In this document: positions 20,323 through 29,943 of the stretch, in pieces
Layout: each line of letters opens with the position of its first letter
Numbering within the stretch: the first letter of the stretch is position 1
Assembly: GCA_040402835.1 (NCBI GenBank)
Contig: JBBALW010000004.1
Direction: 5' to 3' (one strand)
DNA length: 64,000 bases
Source of the DNA: Flavobacterium sp.
GTDB taxonomy: Bacteria; Bacteroidota; Bacteroidia; Flavobacteriales; Flavobacteriaceae
Notes under the pieces: generated by a model
What the model was told of the DNA's origin: nothing
Databases searched by the model: none
What the model saw: the letters and a program-made list of their open reading frames with translations, nothing else
Position numbers and translations under genes: made by a program

Positions 20323-20769
20323 ATGAAAAATTTATTTTTGGCAATCGCAATTGCCTTCAGTGTAACTATGGTTGCACAATCAGAAAAAAAATCAAAAAAA
20401 GTAACAGTTCCAGCAACAGTTACTGAAATGTTCAAAAAGGAATTTCCCAACAAAAAGGCAAAATGGGGAATGGAAGATGGAGATTATGAAGCCGAGTTTA
20501 AGATAAATGGTTCAGATGCTTCTGCTGTATATAATGGCGAGGGTCATCGAAAAGCACTTGAAATAGACATTAAAATATCGGAACTTCCTGCAGCGGCATT
20601 GGAATATTTAAAAAAGAATTATCCAACAAATAAAATAACCGAATCAGCCAAAATAACTGACGACAAAAATGTTGTAACCTATGAAGCTGAAATAAACAAA
20701 GATGGTAAATCGTATGATGTATTATTGGATGCCAACGGTAAATTTATAAAAATTGTTGAGGGGGATTAA
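20323..20769 (+). CDS. PepSY-like (beta-lactamase-inhibitor-like, DUF2874-type) periplasmic protein
   Basis: 148 aa with a signal peptide. Repeated ..FKKEFPN.K..W..ED..YEAEF / ..YLKKNYP..KI......D....TYEAEI modules are typical of this family. Confidence 0.7.
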   Translation: MKNLFLAIAIAFSVTMVAQSEKKSKKVTVPATVTEMFKKEFPNKKAKWGMEDGDYEAEFKINGSDASAVYNGEGHRKALEIDIKISELPAAALEYLKKNYPTNKITESAKITDDKNVVTYEAEINKDGKSYDVLLDANGKFIKIVEGD

Positions 20770-20787
20770 TTATTTGGATTAGTTACA

Positions 20788-20817
20788 GGGCAATCAAAAA
20801 TTGATTGCCCTTTTTTT
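20788..20817 (+). terminator. rho-independent terminator
   Basis: GGGCAATCA-aaaat-TGATTGCCC followed by T7. Confidence 0.8.
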
Positions 20818-20897
20818 GAATACAAATAACCATAATTTTTTTTGATACAGCTTATTTCATCTAAATAGTTGAAATAAAAAGACTTGACAAAGTAATC

Positions 20898-21602
20898 CTA
20901 ATGAAAAGTAAAGTTGACAAGAATGGCTCTTGTTTTTAGCGATTCTATATTCGATGTCCAAGGACTATTTGGGTCATTATCTCGAACTAATTCATCTTTC
21001 AAACCAAAAACTCCTCGAATGGAAGGTGAAAATTTGAAATATTCAAAATATAAATCAATACCAAAGCCAATTTCATAATTTGTTGACCATTCTTTCATTC
21101 TAAAACGCTGTTGCAAATTGTCATCAGTAGATTTTGAATTACTGCCTAAATTTAAAGTTGCAGAAAGCCCACCTTCAAGATAAGGACGCACATTTCCGGT
21201 TCTTAAAGCCGAGAATTTCAGCAATAATGGAAAATGAATATACGTTGATTTCACGTCTCTGAAATAATCTAATTCTCGCGTGAAATTCGGAAAAGTTAGA
21301 TTTCTTTGTGTGTAATACAATCCGGGTTCAAAACGCAAATTGATGTATTCCTGAATTCTCACATCCCCAACCAAACCCACATTAAAACCCGAGGTATTCT
21401 CAACTTCTATATCTTTTTGTTGAAAATTTTTATAATCAATCTTAAATCCATAAGAATTAAATCCTAAAAAATAACCCCAATAAACGTTGCTTTTGTCAAA
21501 ATTTTCTAAATTCACAAGCGGGTCATAACTGAACATTCCTTTGGTTTGGGAATGTCCAACGCCTGCAAATGCTAATAAAAGTAAAACAACTATTTTTTTC
21601 AT
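20898..21602 (-). CDS. PorT-family outer-membrane beta-barrel protein
   Basis: About 234 aa from the ATG (MKKIVVLLLLAFAG..). Alternating beta-strand pattern, C-terminal aromatic residue, and position just downstream of ubiE as in many Flavobacteriia. Confidence 0.6.
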   Translation of the reverse strand: MKKIVVLLLLAFAGVGHSQTKGMFSYDPLVNLENFDKSNVYWGYFLGFNSYGFKIDYKNFQQKDIEVENTSGFNVGLVGDVRIQEYINLRFEPGLYYTQRNLTFPNFTRELDYFRDVKSTYIHFPLLLKFSALRTGNVRPYLEGGLSATLNLGSNSKSTDDNLQQRFRMKEWSTNYEIGFGIDLYFEYFKFSPSIRGVFGLKDELVRDNDPNSPWTSNIESLKTRAILVNFTFH

Positions 21603-21625
21603 ATTGATGCTGAACAACCTCAGTA

Positions 21626-22357
21626 TTATTTTTTTGAAGCAGAATAAATTGTGGCAACACCAAATGTTTGTGGCATCGATACAACATCTATAAACCCAAT
21701 TTTTCTCAAAATATTGTTTAAAGCTTCTCCATAAGGAAAAACAGACGCTGATTCTGATAAATATTGATACGCAGAATCGTCTTTTGAGAATAATTTTCCA
21801 ATTAATGGAAGTATGTTTTTTGAGTAAAAAGTATAACCTTGTTTGTAAGGTGTTTTTTCTGGAACCGAGGTTTCTAAAATCACAAAAACTCCGTTAGGCT
21901 TTAGAACACGAAGGATTTCAGCCAATCCTTTTTCTAATGTTTCAAAATTCCGAACTCCAAAAGCAACGGTAATGGCATCAAATGTATCGTTTTCAAAAGG
22001 CATATTTTCTGAATCAGCCAAGATCATTTCTATTTTATCAGAAAGTTTTTTTGCTTCAATTTTTTTCCTTCCCACATCAAGCATTCCTGCAGAAATATCC
22101 AATCCCACAATTCTCTCAGCACTTGTTGCCGTCATTAATATAGCTAAATCGCCAGTTCCTGTAGCAATATCTAAAACGGTTTTTGGATTTTTATCAGAAA
22201 CCAATTGCAGTACTTTTTTACGCCATTTTATGTCAATTCCAAAAGAAATTACTCGGTTTAACCCGTCATAATTGCCAGAAATAGTGTCAAACATTTGTGC
22301 TACTTGCTCTTTCTTTCCTAATTCTGAATCTTTATAAGGAGTAATATTTTTTGACAT
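21626..22357 (-). CDS. ubiE: demethylmenaquinone/ubiquinone C-methyltransferase UbiE/MenG
   Basis: 243 aa. ..VAQMFDTISGNYDGLNRVISFGID..WRK and SAM motif LDIATGTGD. Confidence 0.9.
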   Translation of the reverse strand: MSKNITPYKDSELGKKEQVAQMFDTISGNYDGLNRVISFGIDIKWRKKVLQLVSDKNPKTVLDIATGTGDLAILMTATSAERIVGLDISAGMLDVGRKKIEAKKLSDKIEMILADSENMPFENDTFDAITVAFGVRNFETLEKGLAEILRVLKPNGVFVILETSVPEKTPYKQGYTFYSKNILPLIGKLFSKDDSAYQYLSESASVFPYGEALNNILRKIGFIDVVSMPQTFGVATIYSASKK

Positions 22358-22428
22358 TATTTTTTAATTTTGGCAAAGGTAACGATTATTTTAATTTTTG
22401 AAATTTCTTTCCAAACCAAAGCTTCTAT

Positions 22429-22914
22429 TTATTGTAATCTTACATAAGTCTGAAAACTGAAATCGTGCCCGTGTTTTTCGTCTTTTGAATGAAATTCTTC
22501 ATTGGTAAGTTTCCATTCAGAAAAATCAATTTCCGGAAAGAAGGCGTCCGCTTCAAAAGTGTCGTTTATAAAAGTGAGTTCAATTTTATCTACAAATGGA
22601 AGTCCCAATTTATAGATTTCTGCACCGCCAATTAAAAAAACATCTTCATTTTTAGGGCAAATTTCAAATGCTTCTTCGATACTATTAACGACAATACAGC
22701 CTTCGGGATTGTAGTTTTTTTGTCGTGTAATTACAACATGGGTTCTGTTTGGAAGTGGTTTTGGAAAACTTTCAAATGTTTTTCTTCCCATTATAATATG
22801 GTGTCCCGAAGTTAATTCTTTGAAACGTTTGAAATCATCAGGCAAATGCCAAATGATTTTATTGTCTTTTCCAAGGGCATTGTTTTGGGAAGTAGCGGCA
22901 ATTAATATTCTCAT
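22429..22914 (-). CDS. folA: dihydrofolate reductase
   Basis: 161 aa. ..NNALGKDNKIIWHLPDDFKRFKELTSGHHIIMGRKTFES. Confidence 0.92.
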   Translation of the reverse strand: MRILIAATSQNNALGKDNKIIWHLPDDFKRFKELTSGHHIIMGRKTFESFPKPLPNRTHVVITRQKNYNPEGCIVVNSIEEAFEICPKNEDVFLIGGAEIYKLGLPFVDKIELTFINDTFEADAFFPEIDFSEWKLTNEEFHSKDEKHGHDFSFQTYVRLQ

Positions 22915-23258
22915 TATATAGTTGTATTTTTTGAAAAATCACTTTCAACTTTGGATTGAAATTCATCGATTTTTTTTTCTTGTTGGGCAATCAATCGTTC
23001 AATTTGAGTTCTTTCCCAGTCTTTATTCATAAAACGTTTGGTTATAAAAACATTTATAAAATGAAGAATAAAAAGAAAAAACCAAGTGGAAGAAACCCAT
23101 AAAAACCAATTATTAGGCTCGCCAATTTTAAATATTTTATTGACCACAAGCATGAATAAACTGCTTATTAAAAACAATACAAAGTGAAAATACAATCTTT
23201 TCTTTTGTTTGATTCTAAGACGGGCATATTCATAAAGTTCATGAGGTGTTGTTCCCAT
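22914..23258 (-). CDS. 2TM-domain membrane protein
   Basis: 114 aa with two hydrophobic helices followed by a charged coiled tail. Stop overlaps the folA start (TAATG). Confidence 0.55.
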   Translation of the reverse strand: MGTTPHELYEYARLRIKQKKRLYFHFVLFLISSLFMLVVNKIFKIGEPNNWFLWVSSTWFFLFILHFINVFITKRFMNKDWERTQIERLIAQQEKKIDEFQSKVESDFSKNTTI

Positions 23259-23336
23259 AATAAATATAATTAGTCAAATTGATTTTTATTAAGAAATACA
23301 AAGTTACGATTTAGCTTTGCAGAAATAGTATTTGTT

Positions 23337-24362
23337 TTAAATTTTTATACTCGATTCTCTAGCAATAATATTCGTTTGTAATTCTATGATTTTGGGTTTA
23401 AATGGCAATTCTTCTTTTCGACATTTCATTTCCTCTAACAATAAATTAAAAGATACAACCCCCATTTCATAACTTGGCTGATCAACGCTGCTCAATTTTG
23501 GAGTAATTACTTTGGACATAAACCAATTACTAAATCCAATTACTGCAATGTCTTTTGGAATATTTATTTTTTTTTCATTGAAATAAGTTAGCACCCCAAC
23601 AGCAACTAAATCGGTAATTACAAAAATTCCATCGACATCAGGATGTTCTTCAACTATTTTTTTAGCAAAGAACAAACCTTCTTCAAAGGTTACATTTTCG
23701 CAGGTATAAACCAAACTTGAGTCAAATGGAATTGCATTTTTTTCTAACGCTTTTTTATACCCAATGAATCTATCAATTGCATTTTGTGGATTTATAGGGC
23801 CGCGTATGTGCGCAATCCGTTTGCAACCGTTATCAATAAGATGTTGAACTGCTTCCATTGCAGCTTTTCGGTCATTTATTATAACTTTTGAGCTTGGAAT
23901 TAATTTTGAAATTTTATCAAATTGAACGAACGGAATTCCCCGACGGATAATTTCCTTTAAATGTTCATCATCATTTGATTCGTTAGAAAGCGACATCACA
24001 ATTCCATCAACTCGTTTGTTTATTAAAAGTTCGACTTGCTTTTTTTCTAACTCTAAAGATTCATTAGATTGCAAAATAATCACGAGATAACCATTTTTTT
24101 CTGCTTCGGCAATAATACCATTTATAACATTAGAAAAAAAGTGATGAACGACTTCAGGGACAATTAATCCTATTGTTTTTGACTCTTTTGTCCTTAAATT
24201 TACAGCAAAACTATTTGGAGTATAATGAAGTTGTCCTGCTAATTCAAGAACCTTTTCTTTGGTTTTCGAACTAACATCAGGATAGTTTTTTAATGCTTTG
24301 GAAACGGTAGTAATCGAAATTCCTAAAGTCTCAGCTATCTGTTTTAAGGTTATTTCTTTCAT
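23337..24362 (-). CDS. LacI-family transcriptional repressor
   Basis: 341 aa. HTH MKEITLKQIAETLGISITTVSKALKN plus a periplasmic-binding-fold sugar sensor domain. Confidence 0.9.
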   Translation of the reverse strand: MKEITLKQIAETLGISITTVSKALKNYPDVSSKTKEKVLELAGQLHYTPNSFAVNLRTKESKTIGLIVPEVVHHFFSNVINGIIAEAEKNGYLVIILQSNESLELEKKQVELLINKRVDGIVMSLSNESNDDEHLKEIIRRGIPFVQFDKISKLIPSSKVIINDRKAAMEAVQHLIDNGCKRIAHIRGPINPQNAIDRFIGYKKALEKNAIPFDSSLVYTCENVTFEEGLFFAKKIVEEHPDVDGIFVITDLVAVGVLTYFNEKKINIPKDIAVIGFSNWFMSKVITPKLSSVDQPSYEMGVVSFNLLLEEMKCRKEELPFKPKIIELQTNIIARESSIKI

Positions 24363-24395
24363 ACTACAAATATCATAAAAAATTAAATATAAAAT

Positions 24396-24430
24396 CGAAA
24401 ACGTTTTCGGTATTATCGAAAACGTTTTCG
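24396..24430. promoter_or_regulatory. two tandem LacI-type palindromic operators
   Basis: CGAAAACGTTTTCG at 24396..24409 and again at 24417..24430, each within the repeated unit ATCGAAAACGTTTTCGGTA. Centres are 21 bp apart. Located in the divergent lacI / TonB-receptor intergenic region. Confidence 0.75.
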
Positions 24431-24515
24431 GTACTATTTCGTAAAAAAAAGTTGGAATTAAAACTAATTTCGTAAAACTATTAACAACAAATTATTAATC
24501 ATTCAATTTTAAACT

Positions 24516-26942
24516 ATGAAAAGAATTACTTTACTGAAAAAGTTTGGATTATTGATGGCGCTATTGTTTGCCAATTCAATGTTTTCACAAAATGAAACAA
24601 AAATGGTCACAGATACTACTAAAACAAACACTCTTGAAGAGGTTTTTGTTACTGGTGTCGTGAATCCAAAAACTAAAATTAAATCGAGTGTATCGATTAC
24701 GACTTTAGGAATCAAACAAATTGAACAATCGGCTCCAAGATCTACTGCCGAAATTTTCAGAACAATTCCTGGAATCCGTTCAGAATCTACTGGTGGCGAA
24801 GGAAATGCTAACATTGCAGTTCGTGGTGTGCCAATTTCTTCAGGTGGTTCAAAATATTTGCAATTACAAGAAGATGGCCTTCCAGTTCTTTTATTTGGAG
24901 ATATAGCATTTGCAACAGCAGATATTTTTACAAGATTTGATGGAAATGTAGCTAAAATTGAAGCTATTCGTGGAGGTTCAGCATCAATTTTATCTTCCAA
25001 TTCTCCTGGCGGAATCATTAACTTTATTAGCAAAACGGGTAAAGTTGAAGGCGGAACAATGAGCACCAGTTTTGGACTAGATTATAACAATTTTAGAACC
25101 GATTTAGATTATGGTGCGAAAATTGGAAATGGATTATATTTTCACGCAGGTGGATTCTATAGAGCTGGTGAAGGAGTAAGAAATACTGGATATACAGCAA
25201 ATAATGGGGGTCAAGTTAAATTTAATGTCACTAAAGAATTTGAAAAAGGAAGTGTAACTATTTATGCAAAATTCTTAAACGATAGAGCGGCAGCTTATAT
25301 GCCGATGCCAGTTCAAGTTTCTGGAACAAATTCTAATCCTATTTGGGGAAATGTACCTGGATTTGATGCAACAAAAGGAGCTTTACAATCTGTTTTTTTA
25401 TCTCAAAATGTAGGTTTAGGTCCTGATGGACAATTGCGTAGAGGTAATGTTGCTGATGGAATGCATCCAGTTTCAAAATCATTAGGTATTAATGCGGCTT
25501 TTGACCTAGAAGATGGATGGAAAATTACTGAAAATGGAAGATTTACTGCCAATTCGGGTGGATTTATTTCTCCATTTCCTTCCGAAGTTGGAACGGCTTC
25601 AACTATTGCAAATTCCTTTGGTGCAGGTTCGACTTTGTCGTATGCAAATACAGGAACTCCTTTTAATACGGCGAATGGCTTAGTTGCAAGAATTCACATG
25701 TTTGATACCCAACTAAATGACTTCAATAATTTTATGAATGACTTAAAGTTAACTAAAAAATTCGACAAAGTTGGGGTTACCGCCGGTTATTTTAAATCAA
25801 TTCAAAATATATCAATGTCCTGGATGTGGAACTCCTATTTACAAGAAGTTTCAGATTCAAACCCTCGTTTGCTAAACGTAACAAATGCGTCAGGAAGTTC
25901 ATTGTCTGACAATGGTTTGTATGCTTACGGAGTTCCAGCTTGGGGCAACTGTTGTACCAGAAACTACGATACACAATATAATGTTTCTGCACCTTACTTA
26001 AATGTTTCGCTTGAAGCAAATGATAAACTTTCTTTAGAAGGTGGAATTCGTTACGATATGGGTAAAGTTACAGGATCGTTTGCAGGGAGTTCCCAATCTT
26101 CATTTGATATAAATCATGACGGAATTATCAGTGCACCTGAAAGTAGCGTTTCAGGAATTAATCCAGCTAAAACCACAACAGTTCATTATGATTATAATTA
26201 TGTTTCTTATTCATTAGGTGCAAACTACGCATTAAGTAATAGTCAGTCATTTTTTGTGAGATATAGCAAAGGAGCTTCTGCAAAAGCAGACCGTATTTTA
26301 TTTGAAAGACCTAAAGCATCTTATTTAAATGGGGATTTGATTAATTCATTAGATTATCTTGCTCAAGGAGAATTAGGATACAAACAAAAATTCTCAAAAG
26401 GATATGTCTATGGAACTTTTTTTTATGCTAAAACAGATGAACAATCAGGATTTGAAGCAACGAATCCAACAATTTTAACCGAAAATAATTACAAATCTTT
26501 AGGATTAGAGTTGGAAGCATCATATAAAGTTAGCAAAGATTTTGATTTACGAGGAGGTTTAACATACACTAAAGCAGAAATTACTTCAGGAGCAAATGCA
26601 GGAAATGCACCAAGACGACAACCTAAATTAATGTATAGTTTCATTCCTACTTATAAATTCTCTAAATCAAATTCTCTTGGATTAAGCTTTTTAGGACAAT
26701 CAAAAGCATTTGCTCAAGACAGCAACCAATTGGTTATGAATGGCTTCGTTTTAATTAATGGTTTTGTTGAATTTGGAATTACTAAAGGATTATCGTTAAA
26801 TGTTTCTGGAAATAATCTTTTGAATACTTTAGCAATTACTGAAGTTGAAGAAGGAAGTATTACTGAAAACACAGTGAATTATGTAAGAGCAAGACCTTTC
26901 GCAGGAAGATCACTTTCTATGGCATTGTCTTATAGATTCTAA
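24516..26942 (+). CDS. TonB-dependent outer-membrane receptor (not SusC-type; no SusD partner)
   Basis: 808 aa. Signal peptide, plug domain (..EEVFVTGV.., ..IRGGSASILS..), 22-strand barrel ending ..ALSYRF. Confidence 0.9.
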   Translation: MKRITLLKKFGLLMALLFANSMFSQNETKMVTDTTKTNTLEEVFVTGVVNPKTKIKSSVSITTLGIKQIEQSAPRSTAEIFRTIPGIRSESTGGEGNANIAVRGVPISSGGSKYLQLQEDGLPVLLFGDIAFATADIFTRFDGNVAKIEAIRGGSASILSSNSPGGIINFISKTGKVEGGTMSTSFGLDYNNFRTDLDYGAKIGNGLYFHAGGFYRAGEGVRNTGYTANNGGQVKFNVTKEFEKGSVTIYAKFLNDRAAAYMPMPVQVSGTNSNPIWGNVPGFDATKGALQSVFLSQNVGLGPDGQLRRGNVADGMHPVSKSLGINAAFDLEDGWKITENGRFTANSGGFISPFPSEVGTASTIANSFGAGSTLSYANTGTPFNTANGLVARIHMFDTQLNDFNNFMNDLKLTKKFDKVGVTAGYFKSIQNISMSWMWNSYLQEVSDSNPRLLNVTNASGSSLSDNGLYAYGVPAWGNCCTRNYDTQYNVSAPYLNVSLEANDKLSLEGGIRYDMGKVTGSFAGSSQSSFDINHDGIISAPESSVSGINPAKTTTVHYDYNYVSYSLGANYALSNSQSFFVRYSKGASAKADRILFERPKASYLNGDLINSLDYLAQGELGYKQKFSKGYVYGTFFYAKTDEQSGFEATNPTILTENNYKSLGLELEASYKVSKDFDLRGGLTYTKAEITSGANAGNAPRRQPKLMYSFIPTYKFSKSNSLGLSFLGQSKAFAQDSNQLVMNGFVLINGFVEFGITKGLSLNVSGNNLLNTLAITEVEEGSITENTVNYVRARPFAGRSLSMALSYRF

Positions 26943-27026
26943 TAAAATTTCATTTTTGTTTTTGTTAGAGCAATTCCTGTACTTTTATAGTATGGGAATT
27001 GTTTTTAATATTATTTCTATTTGAAT

Positions 27027-27386
27027 ATGAAAAAATTAACTTTCTTATTTTTGTTTTTTCTAATAATGTCTCAATTCAATTTGAACGCTCAAGCAATTGT
27101 AAAATCTGAAAAAAGTATCGAAAAAACAAAAAAAACAATCTTTATTTATGGAAGTTCAGATTGCCATTTTTGCATCGCTACAAAACAAAAATTAATTGAA
27201 AATAAAATAGATTTTGTTTTTTACGATATTGACACCGATAAAGTGGCACTTAGTGAAATGCTTTCTAAGTTAAAAAATGCAAATATTAGCACTAATAATT
27301 TAGGAATCCCAGTTATTGATAAATATGGAGAAATATTTACTAATAATGCCGACTTTAATGACTTCTTAATTAAAATAGTAAAATGA
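27027..27386 (+). CDS. secreted thioredoxin-fold / glutaredoxin-like protein (CxxC)
   Basis: About 119 aa from the ATG (MKKLTF..). Signal peptide, then IFIYGSSDCHFCIATKQKL, a Grx-like CxxC. ATGA overlap with the following MFS gene. Confidence 0.6.
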   Translation: MKKLTFLFLFFLIMSQFNLNAQAIVKSEKSIEKTKKTIFIYGSSDCHFCIATKQKLIENKIDFVFYDIDTDKVALSEMLSKLKNANISTNNLGIPVIDKYGEIFTNNADFNDFLIKIVK

Positions 27387-28768
27387 CAAATTTAAATAAA
27401 GTAAAACTCAATTTTTGGCAAATCTGGAATATGAATTTCGGGTTTTTTGGAATCCAATTTAGCTTTGGTTTGCAACAAAGTAATATGAGTGCTATTTATA
27501 AATATTTGGGTGCTGACGAAGCAAGTTTACCAATGCTTTGGCTTGCTGGTCCAATAACTGGTTTGTTTTTACAACCTATTATTGGAGCAATAAGTGACGG
27601 AACATGGTCGCCAAAATTCGGACGCAGAAAACCCTTCTTTTTAATAGGCGCTTTAATTTCAAGTGTTGCATTAATTGCAATGCCATTCTCAAGTTCAATT
27701 TTTATGGCAGCCAGTTTACTTTGGATTTTAGACGCTGCAAATAACATCGCAATGGAACCCTATCGCGCCTTTGTAGCCGATAAATTACCGAGTAAGCAAT
27801 TCTCAATTGGGTTTTTAATGCAAAGTTTTTTTACAGGATTAGGAAGTACTTTATCCAATTTCACACCTGCAATTTTAGTTTCTTTCGGATTTCTTGCTAT
27901 TACAGATAAAATGAATAACGGAATTCCAACCTACACCTATTGGGCATTTTTCATAGGTTCTTTTGCGGCAATAATTTCCATTTTGGTTACTGTTTTATCC
28001 ACAAAAGAATTTCCGCCAACAGCTGAGGAATTGGGGGAAATGGAAATCGAAAAAAGTAAAGGAACTATTTTATATCGTATTTATAAAGACATAAAAAATG
28101 CCTTTTTAGAAATGCCGTTAACAATGAAGCAACTCATTCCAGTAAAGTTTTTTACTTGGTATGCCATGTTTTGTTACTGGCAATATATTACTGGAGCATT
28201 ATCAATTTCACTTTTCAATACTTCCGATGCAACTACTTCCGGCTATGCAAAAGCGCAAATGTTGACAGGAAATTTGAACGGAACGTACAATATTATTTGT
28301 TTTATGATTGCTTTTGCATTAATTCCATGGGCACACAAAATTGGTGCAAAAGGAGTTCATTTTGTTGCATTAACATTGGGCGGTATAGGCTTACTCGCTA
28401 TTCCATATTTGAATAATGAAACGACCCTTTTTATGATGTGGAACCCTTTCGGAAATGCAATTAAAACAAGCACCATATATTTGTATTCATTTGGTTTAGG
28501 AACTGCTTGGGCTTCAATGTTAGCAATGCCGTACCAACTTTTAGCAGGCTCAATTCCAAAAGGTAAAATCGGAATTTATATGGGTATTTTTAATATGTTT
28601 ATTGTGATTCCAATGATTATACAAATTGTCACAATGCAATATTTTGTCTTTGATTTATTGGGTAAAAACCCTATAAATGTAATTCGATTGGGAGGATTGT
28701 TCCTCATTCTTGGTGGAGTTTTCACGCTTTTTATTACAGTAAATAAGCAAAAAGAAAGTATTGACTAA
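27383..28768 (+). CDS. MFS transporter, GPH/SLC45-like (sucrose/oligosaccharide:H+ symporter type)
   Basis: 461 aa, 12 TM. GRRKPFFLIGA.. loop motif typical of the GPH/sucrose-transporter clade. Confidence 0.8.
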   Translation: MTNLNKVKLNFWQIWNMNFGFFGIQFSFGLQQSNMSAIYKYLGADEASLPMLWLAGPITGLFLQPIIGAISDGTWSPKFGRRKPFFLIGALISSVALIAMPFSSSIFMAASLLWILDAANNIAMEPYRAFVADKLPSKQFSIGFLMQSFFTGLGSTLSNFTPAILVSFGFLAITDKMNNGIPTYTYWAFFIGSFAAIISILVTVLSTKEFPPTAEELGEMEIEKSKGTILYRIYKDIKNAFLEMPLTMKQLIPVKFFTWYAMFCYWQYITGALSISLFNTSDATTSGYAKAQMLTGNLNGTYNIICFMIAFALIPWAHKIGAKGVHFVALTLGGIGLLAIPYLNNETTLFMMWNPFGNAIKTSTIYLYSFGLGTAWASMLAMPYQLLAGSIPKGKIGIYMGIFNMFIVIPMIIQIVTMQYFVFDLLGKNPINVIRLGGLFLILGGVFTLFITVNKQKESID

Positions 28769-29943
28769 TGGAGAATATAAGTTATAACAAAGCGATAGAA
28801 TTGCTTCAAAGATGTTCGTCTTCTGATGGATTTCTTGCAAGCGCAGAAAATACGTCAAATTACAAAAGAGTTTGGGCTCGTGACGGTGTGATTTGTGGTT
28901 TGGCTGCTTTGGCATCAGGCGATGAAAAATTAATACATACTTTCGAAAAAACATTGGAAACATTAGCCAATAATCAACACAAAAACGGCACAATTCCTTC
29001 TAATGTTTTGGTTACTGAAAACGAAACACAAGTAAGTTATGGCGGTTTAGCAGGTCGTGTTGACGCTGTTACTTGGTTTGTAATTGGAATTTGTCAATTT
29101 GCATATTACAAAAAAGACAGTTCTTTTGTTTCAAAATATGATTCCAATATTCAAAAATGTTTACGCCTTTTAGAAGCTTGGGAATTTAACAACCAGCATT
29201 TGGTTTATGTGCCACTTTCTGGAAATTGGGCTGACGAATATATTACGGATGGATATGTTTTATACGATCAATTATTGAGGGTTTGGGCTTTGAGAAGTTA
29301 TAATTACTTCAAAAAAAGCGATGAAATTACTTCTAAAATTCAAAAGACAGAACATCAAATTGTAGTCAATTTCACTCCAAATGAAACTTTTCCTAAATAT
29401 CACGAAAGAGCCTATAAAGAAGTAGAATTTAAAGGTTTTATGCCGTGTTCCTTTTCGCCAGCTGGATATAAAACGCAGTTCGATGCTTTCGCAAATGCTT
29501 TAGTTCTACTACTAAATATTGGTTCTGATGGCTTTCAAAATAAAATTTTAAAGTCTTTTGAAACTATTAAAAATAAAACCAGCTTAAAGCTAATTCCTGC
29601 TTTTTGGCCGCCAATTCAAGAATCCGATTTAGATTGGAATTTGTTGAAAAACAACTGCAAATATGAGTTTCGTAATTATCCTTATGAATTTCATAATGGC
29701 GGAAGTTGGGCAATGGTGAATGGTTTTTATGGCTTGGCTTTGCTATCGAAAAATCAAAGAGAAAATGCAACGCAAGTTTTATATTCAATTAATAGTGCGA
29801 ACGAAAAAGAGAATTTTAGTTTTTTTGAAAATTTCAATACTAAAACTTCAAAGCCTAACGGAGTTGCCTTTTGCGCTTGGAGTGCAGCCGCAGCCGTTTT
29901 CTTGCATCAAAATATACATACTAATTTTAAATTTTTATCTTAA
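28768..29943 (+). CDS. (alpha/alpha)6-barrel glycoside hydrolase, GH100 (neutral/alkaline invertase) / GDE_C-like
   Basis: 391 aa. ..GFLAS....NYKRVWARDGV.., ..NWADEYITDGYVLYDQ.., ..FHNGGSWAMVNGFYGLAL.. resemble neutral-invertase-type motifs. Sits between a sucrose-type MFS and a fructokinase. Confidence 0.55.
   Translation: MENISYNKAIELLQRCSSSDGFLASAENTSNYKRVWARDGVICGLAALASGDEKLIHTFEKTLETLANNQHKNGTIPSNVLVTENETQVSYGGLAGRVDAVTWFVIGICQFAYYKKDSSFVSKYDSNIQKCLRLLEAWEFNNQHLVYVPLSGNWADEYITDGYVLYDQLLRVWALRSYNYFKKSDEITSKIQKTEHQIVVNFTPNETFPKYHERAYKEVEFKGFMPCSFSPAGYKTQFDAFANALVLLLNIGSDGFQNKILKSFETIKNKTSLKLIPAFWPPIQESDLDWNLLKNNCKYEFRNYPYEFHNGGSWAMVNGFYGLALLSKNQRENATQVLYSINSANEKENFSFFENFNTKTSKPNGVAFCAWSAAAAVFLHQNIHTNFKFLS

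Noticed and set aside
24509-25066. 185-aa ORF on the minus strand
   Set aside because: It is entirely antisense to the well-supported TonB-dependent receptor gene. The composition is low-complexity (P/S/I-rich) and no motif is present. Typical shadow ORF.
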